A DNA stretch of 63,684 nt, the filler included, from Nitrospiraceae bacterium (lineage in GTDB: Bacteria; Nitrospirota; Nitrospiria; Nitrospirales; Nitrospiraceae): the NCBI GenBank assembly GCA_037442105.1. It is 3 parts of 3 records of this genome, joined end to end, with 100 filler letters (N's around TTAATTAATTAA, not from the genome) between each part and the next. Parts side by side here need not be neighbours in the genome. Positions count along the whole stretch, not along the records: positions 38,576 to 63,684 come from JBBIQV010000039.1; 2 more parts are not named here. One strand, 5' to 3'. Positions within the stretch are counted from its first letter, which is position 1. The number at the start of each line of letters is the position of its first letter. The notes beneath the pieces were generated by a model. It did not search any database. It had not been told where the DNA came from and worked only from the letters and a program-made list of their open reading frames with translations. This document shows positions 59,993-63,684 of this stretch, in pieces. Position numbers and translations under genes: made by a program.

Positions 59993-61168
59993 ATGACCCC
60001 GGCGCATAGCTATATCCTCCTCTGCAGCATCGGGGTCTTCTGCTTTATCAGCTACAACCTCGTGCGGATGCCGGTCCTCGCCTTGTTCGCGGAATCGCTG
60101 GGCGCGAGCCCCGAGCAAATCGGACTGATCGTGTCGGTGTCCACGTTGACCGGTGTCTTCCTCAAACTTCCCTCCGGCGCTTTGTCCGACATTTACGGAC
60201 GCCGCCTGTTGCTCCGGGTCGGTGTCGTGGCGTTCGGCGTACCGCCGTTCGTCTACCCATTTGTCTCTGATCTCGACCTGCTCACGGGACTGCGCTTTTT
60301 CCACGGCCTCGCGACGGCGATCTTTGCGCCGAGCGCGCTCGCCACCGTGGCGGAATTGTATCAGGAGCGGCGTGGCGCCGCCCTCGGCACCTATACCGCC
60401 TGCACCCAGTCCGGCGCGCTGTTGGGGCCGGTGATCGGTGGCTGGCTGGTGTATGCGGCCGGATTTCCGACGACCTTCGTCACCGCCGGCATCTTCGGCT
60501 GCATCGCCCTCCTCATCTTTTACAGTCTGCGGTTGAACCCGCCGCCTCCGAGATTGAACGAGAAAGGGTTCCGGCCCTTGTTGGCCGAGATGTGGAAGGG
60601 TTTTTCGGTCGTCGCGAAAAACCGCCGCGTACTCGTCACGAGTTGCACCGATGCCGCGAAGATGATCGCGAACGGCGCCTTGATGGCGTTTCTCCCGATC
60701 TATGGCGTCTCGGTCGGACTGAATCCGGGTGAAGTGGGCCTGTTGTTCGGCGTGCAGGGAATCACCTCGTTCCTCTCCAAACCGGTGATGGGGCGCGTAT
60801 CGGATCACGTCGGGCGGCAGCCGCTGATCCTGCTCGGTTTGGCGATCTGCGCTTCGACTTTTGTGCTGATTCCATTTGTCGCTGCGCTGCCCATCCTGTT
60901 GTTGTTGGCAGCAGGCTTTGGATTCGGGGAGGCCGTCGTGTCTTCTTCATCCTCAGCTCTGGTGGCGGACAGTTCGGAGTTCAAAACCCTCGGAGCTGGG
61001 ATGGGCATGCAGGGGACGATCATGGATATCGGCCATGCCAGCGGCCCGCTGCTGGCCGGCGTCTTGATCGCGCAGATGAGCTACCAGTGGACCTTCAGTA
61101 TCATTGCCGGTCTCCAGTTGGCCGCCGCCGCCGTCTTCTGGCTGGCGATGAGAAGACCATCACGCTGA
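59993..61168 (+). CDS. MFS transporter
   Basis: About 12 TM; motif A twice ('GALSDIYGRR', 'GRVSDHVGRQ'). Confidence 0.92.
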   Translation: MTPAHSYILLCSIGVFCFISYNLVRMPVLALFAESLGASPEQIGLIVSVSTLTGVFLKLPSGALSDIYGRRLLLRVGVVAFGVPPFVYPFVSDLDLLTGLRFFHGLATAIFAPSALATVAELYQERRGAALGTYTACTQSGALLGPVIGGWLVYAAGFPTTFVTAGIFGCIALLIFYSLRLNPPPPRLNEKGFRPLLAEMWKGFSVVAKNRRVLVTSCTDAAKMIANGALMAFLPIYGVSVGLNPGEVGLLFGVQGITSFLSKPVMGRVSDHVGRQPLILLGLAICASTFVLIPFVAALPILLLLAAGFGFGEAVVSSSSSALVADSSEFKTLGAGMGMQGTIMDIGHASGPLLAGVLIAQMSYQWTFSIIAGLQLAAAAVFWLAMRRPSR

Positions 61169-61186
61169 TGCTATAATGGGCCGGCC

Positions 61187-61303
61187 ATGAGGCAGTTTTC
61201 GACGGAAGAAATCACCATTGGGGTGCTCACAGCAATCGGAATCGTGGTGCTCGTCGCCGTCTTTGTGTGGGTCGTTCGTCATGTGTTTAGGAAAGAGTCA
61301 TAA
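61187..61303 (+). CDS. 38-aa single-TM small protein (below ORF-track cutoff)
   Basis: MRQFSTEEITIGVLTAIGIVVLVAVFVWVVRHVFRKES; extended -10 TGcTATAAT (61169-61177) 9 nt upstream. Confidence 0.6.
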   Translation: MRQFSTEEITIGVLTAIGIVVLVAVFVWVVRHVFRKES

Positions 61304-61338
61304 CCGACAGCTCATGGCTATTTGCTGAAAGCTTCTTC

Positions 61339-61995
61339 ATGTTCACCGGCATTGTCGAAGAAATGGGCGCGGTGGCCTCGCTGGAGAAGACTCTCGCCGG
61401 CACGAGGCTCACGATCCTTGCCTCCACGGTCATGAGCGATCTCAAGATCGGCGACAGTGTCAGCGTGAATGGGACTTGCTTGACCGTCGTCACCAAAAAG
61501 GAGAAGGAGTTCGCGGTCGAAGTCTCGCCGGAAACCCTGTCCGTCACCACCCTCGGGGGCCTTGCCGCTGGAACGCCGGTCAACCTCGAACGGGCGATGA
61601 AGCTCAACGAGCGGATCGGCGGGCACCTTGTCGCCGGGCATGTGGACGGCGTCGGCACGATCCGCAGCCGCAAGCAAGAAGGGAACGCGATCGTCTTCAC
61701 CATCGAGGCACCTCCGGAGATCTTGCGCTACTGCATCGTGAAGGGTTCGATCACGGTCGATGGCATCAGTCTCACGATCAATGAGGTGACCGACCGCGGG
61801 TTTTCCGTCGCGATCATTCCGCATACGGCGAAAGTCACCACGCTTGGCCTCAAGCAAGTCGGTGATACCGTGAATTTGGAATCCGACCTGATCGGCAAGT
61901 ACGTCGAGCGGTTGCTCCAAGAGCGTGGGCAACTTCCTTCCAAGCCAACTCCCGTCATCGACAAAGACTATCTCCAAAAGCGCGGGCTGATCTAG
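61339..61995 (+). CDS. ribE: Riboflavin synthase
   Basis: 'MFTGIVE', 'SVNGTCLTV', 'GGHLVAGHVD', 'KGSITVDGISLT'. Confidence 0.97.
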   Translation: MFTGIVEEMGAVASLEKTLAGTRLTILASTVMSDLKIGDSVSVNGTCLTVVTKKEKEFAVEVSPETLSVTTLGGLAAGTPVNLERAMKLNERIGGHLVAGHVDGVGTIRSRKQEGNAIVFTIEAPPEILRYCIVKGSITVDGISLTINEVTDRGFSVAIIPHTAKVTTLGLKQVGDTVNLESDLIGKYVERLLQERGQLPSKPTPVIDKDYLQKRGLI

Positions 61996-62001
61996 TTAAG
62001 G

Positions 62002-62036
62002 GCTGTTAGCCGTCAGCTTTCAGCCGTCAGCCGTCA
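62002..62036. repeat. Heptamer tandem repeat
   Basis: GCTGTTA GCCGTCA GCTTTCA GCCGTCA GCCGTCA; complementary degenerate arm at 61304-61333 on the other side of ribE. Confidence 0.75.
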
Positions 62037-62154
62037 ACTGCGGTGGGAAGCTCTGCTTCAAGAACGGCTGGGCACGGCCCCCCTGCGGTGCTTGCTCAAG
62101 CAGTCCGGTCCAATGAAATGGAAGTATTTCTCAGGCCTACCAGCTAGGTAGCAC

Positions 62155-62183
62155 TTGACGGGGAGTATGAATCGGCTGACAAT
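62155..62183 (+). promoter_or_regulatory. Putative sigma70 promoter for intI
   Basis: TTGACG-N17-GACAAT. Confidence 0.5.
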
Positions 62184-62226
62184 GTGCCGCGCCGGTTCAT
62201 AGGCCCCCCGGCACAGGCATGGAAAT

Positions 62227-63504
62227 ATGGAAGAGTTGGCGACAGCAAGAAGAAATGCTGAGCCCAGTCGGGGTGAAGGGTTGAGAATGCCGATCGAAGC
62301 GATTCGGATTAGGCCGGGAAAAGAAGGGCAGCTCATCGTGCATGTCCCTTATTCTCCCGAGCGTGTCGCGAAGATCAAGACCGTCGCCGGTCGACGGTGG
62401 CATCAGCAAGAGAAACACTGGACTGTGCCCCAAACGAAAGAGACCGTCACACAACTAGTGGCCCTCTTTACTGGAGAGCCGACGGAGGTCGATCCTGCGC
62501 TGGATATCTGGCCCGTCCCCCGACAGGAAAAACGGACGCCGGACACTTCTTCAGCCTTGTTTGAGCGACTCGAGAGGGAGTTGCGCGCTCGGCACTATGC
62601 TCGCCGGACCGAACAAGCGTATGGCCATTGGATCAGACGGTTCACCCGCTTTTATCATGGCCGTCCACCCGCTGAGATGGCCGAACCGGAGATTAATCGG
62701 TTTCTGACGCATCTGGCCGTGACGGAGAAGATCAGTGCCTCGACACAAAACCAAGCGCTGGCGGCGCTGCTCTTCCTCTACCGCCACGTGATTGGGCGTG
62801 ACATTGGCGACCTCGGCGAGGTCATCCGGGCCAGAAAGCCAGAACGGCTGCCCGTGGTTATGACCCGCGAGGAGGTCAGAGCCGTCCTCGCAAACCTGAC
62901 CGGGGACAAGTGGTTGATGGCCTCGATCATGTATGGCGCAGGGCTGCGGCTGATGGAATGCCTGCGCCTCCGGGTGCAGGATATTGACTACGCTCGCAGC
63001 GAACTATTGATTCGCGACGGCAAGGGCGCGAAGGACCGGATGACCATGTTGCCCGAATCGGTCAAAGCTCCGTTACAGGACCATCTCCAGCAGGTTCAAG
63101 CCGTTCATCAACAGGATCTCGCCGAAGGGTGGGGCCGCGTTGTGCTTCCACACGCACTCGACCGCAAGTACCCCAATGCGTCGCGAGACTGGCGCTGGCA
63201 GTGGGTCTTTCCCCAAGACCACAGATGGATGAACGACAAGACCAAGGAACAAGGGCGTCATCACGTTGACGAATCACTGGTGCAGAAAGCCGTTAGAGAC
63301 GCTGTGGCGAAGGCCGGGCTCACCAAGCGGGCCACGTGCCATACGTTCCGGCATTCCTTTGCCACGCACTTGCTTGAGAGCGGCTCTGATATCCGAACCG
63401 TTCAGGAGTTGTTGGGCCATCGCGACGTCAAAACGACGATGATCTATACGCACGTGCTGCATCGAGGGCCGGCGGGCGTTCGTAGTCCGTTGGACGAAAT
63501 GTGA
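62227..63504 (+). CDS. intI: Integron integrase with N-terminal extension
   Basis: SAM-like '[14 protein letters not shown]'; catalytic R, K, HxxR, H, Y ('GLRLMEC', 'GKGAKDR', 'HTFRH', 'LLGH', 'MIYTH'); IntI-specific insert '[29 protein letters not shown]'; start 62227 or 62287. Confidence 0.95.
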   Translation: MEELATARRNAEPSRGEGLRMPIEAIRIRPGKEGQLIVHVPYSPERVAKIKTVAGRRWHQQEKHWTVPQTKETVTQLVALFTGEPTEVDPALDIWPVPRQEKRTPDTSSALFERLERELRARHYARRTEQAYGHWIRRFTRFYHGRPPAEMAEPEINRFLTHLAVTEKISASTQNQALAALLFLYRHVIGRDIGDLGEVIRARKPERLPVVMTREEVRAVLANLTGDKWLMASIMYGAGLRLMECLRLRVQDIDYARSELLIRDGKGAKDRMTMLPESVKAPLQDHLQQVQAVHQQDLAEGWGRVVLPHALDRKYPNASRDWRWQWVFPQDHRWMNDKTKEQGRHHVDESLVQKAVRDAVAKAGLTKRATCHTFRHSFATHLLESGSDIRTVQELLGHRDVKTTMIYTHVLHRGPAGVRSPLDEM

Positions 63505-63523
63505 ACCCATGTCAGGAGGAGTA

Positions 63524-63684
63524 TTATGCCGATCCGCATAAGACGCCGTGATAAATGGCCCCACAGTCGTATCTCATTGAAACGACAACGACAATGGCAT
63601 TATGCCTGGAACATTTGCACGGTGTGTTATACGGACAGAAATCGGCAAATCCGCTCTTATGCGGATCGGCCTAAACATTGTTAG
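63524..63684 (+). other. Putative attI recombination site downstream of intI
   Basis: Ends GCCTAAACATTGTTAG (compare attI1 CCCTAAAACAAAGTTAG); repeated TTAT(G/A)C units upstream; sequence stops within the GTTRRRY core. Confidence 0.65.
63526..63684 (+). CDS. 52-aa leader ORF across putative attI (ORF-11-like)
   Basis: AGGAGG RBS, ATG at 63526, open for 52 codons, TAG stop is the TAG of the GTTAG core. Confidence 0.45.
   Translation: MPIRIRRRDKWPHSRISLKRQRQWHYAWNICTVCYTDRNRQIRSYADRPKHC

Noticed and set aside
57400..62100. FMN riboswitch near ribD/ribE
   Set aside because: ribD overlaps ppdK, and I see no RFN consensus in the short spacers
61996..62226. attI or attC sites upstream of intI
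   Set aside because: No convincing RYYYAAC...GTTRRRY pairing or cassette ORF; the region holds a heptamer repeat and a likely promoter

Overview
Three bacterial contigs joined by artificial 100-nt linkers (N44-TTAATTAATTAA-N44 at 8980-9079 and 38476-38575), so synteny cannot be read across them. Gene content and repeat style suggest a Nitrospira-like (Nitrospirota) genome; this is inference, not a database result. Contig 1 (1-8979) is a surface polysaccharide cluster: flippase, methyltransferase, four GT4s, one GT9 and a priming transferase; the last GT4 is frameshifted at a G5 run. Contig 2 (9080-38475) holds a DUF692/MNIO-dus-maf operon, a hybrid kinase missing both phosphoacceptors, purEK, a type I secretion-like HlyD/TolC/ABC set with a degenerate ATPase, a polyamine cluster (DHS-like, ALDH, pyruvoyl arginine decarboxylase, agmatinase) and a MITE. 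Contig 3 (38576-63684) holds sthA, an HdrB/SdhE-like gene, nirK with a Crp/Fnr regulator and a matching operator, an animal-like transketolase, glyQS, ppdK and ribD/ribE. It ends in the most striking element: an integron integrase with an extra N-terminal HARP-like domain, pointing toward a putative attI site (reverse integron) that contains an ORF-11-like leader ORF, with the sequence stopping at the GTTAG core. About 11 degenerate heptamer-repeat elements, mostly inverted-arm hairpins, are scattered through the window, several inside coding sequences.
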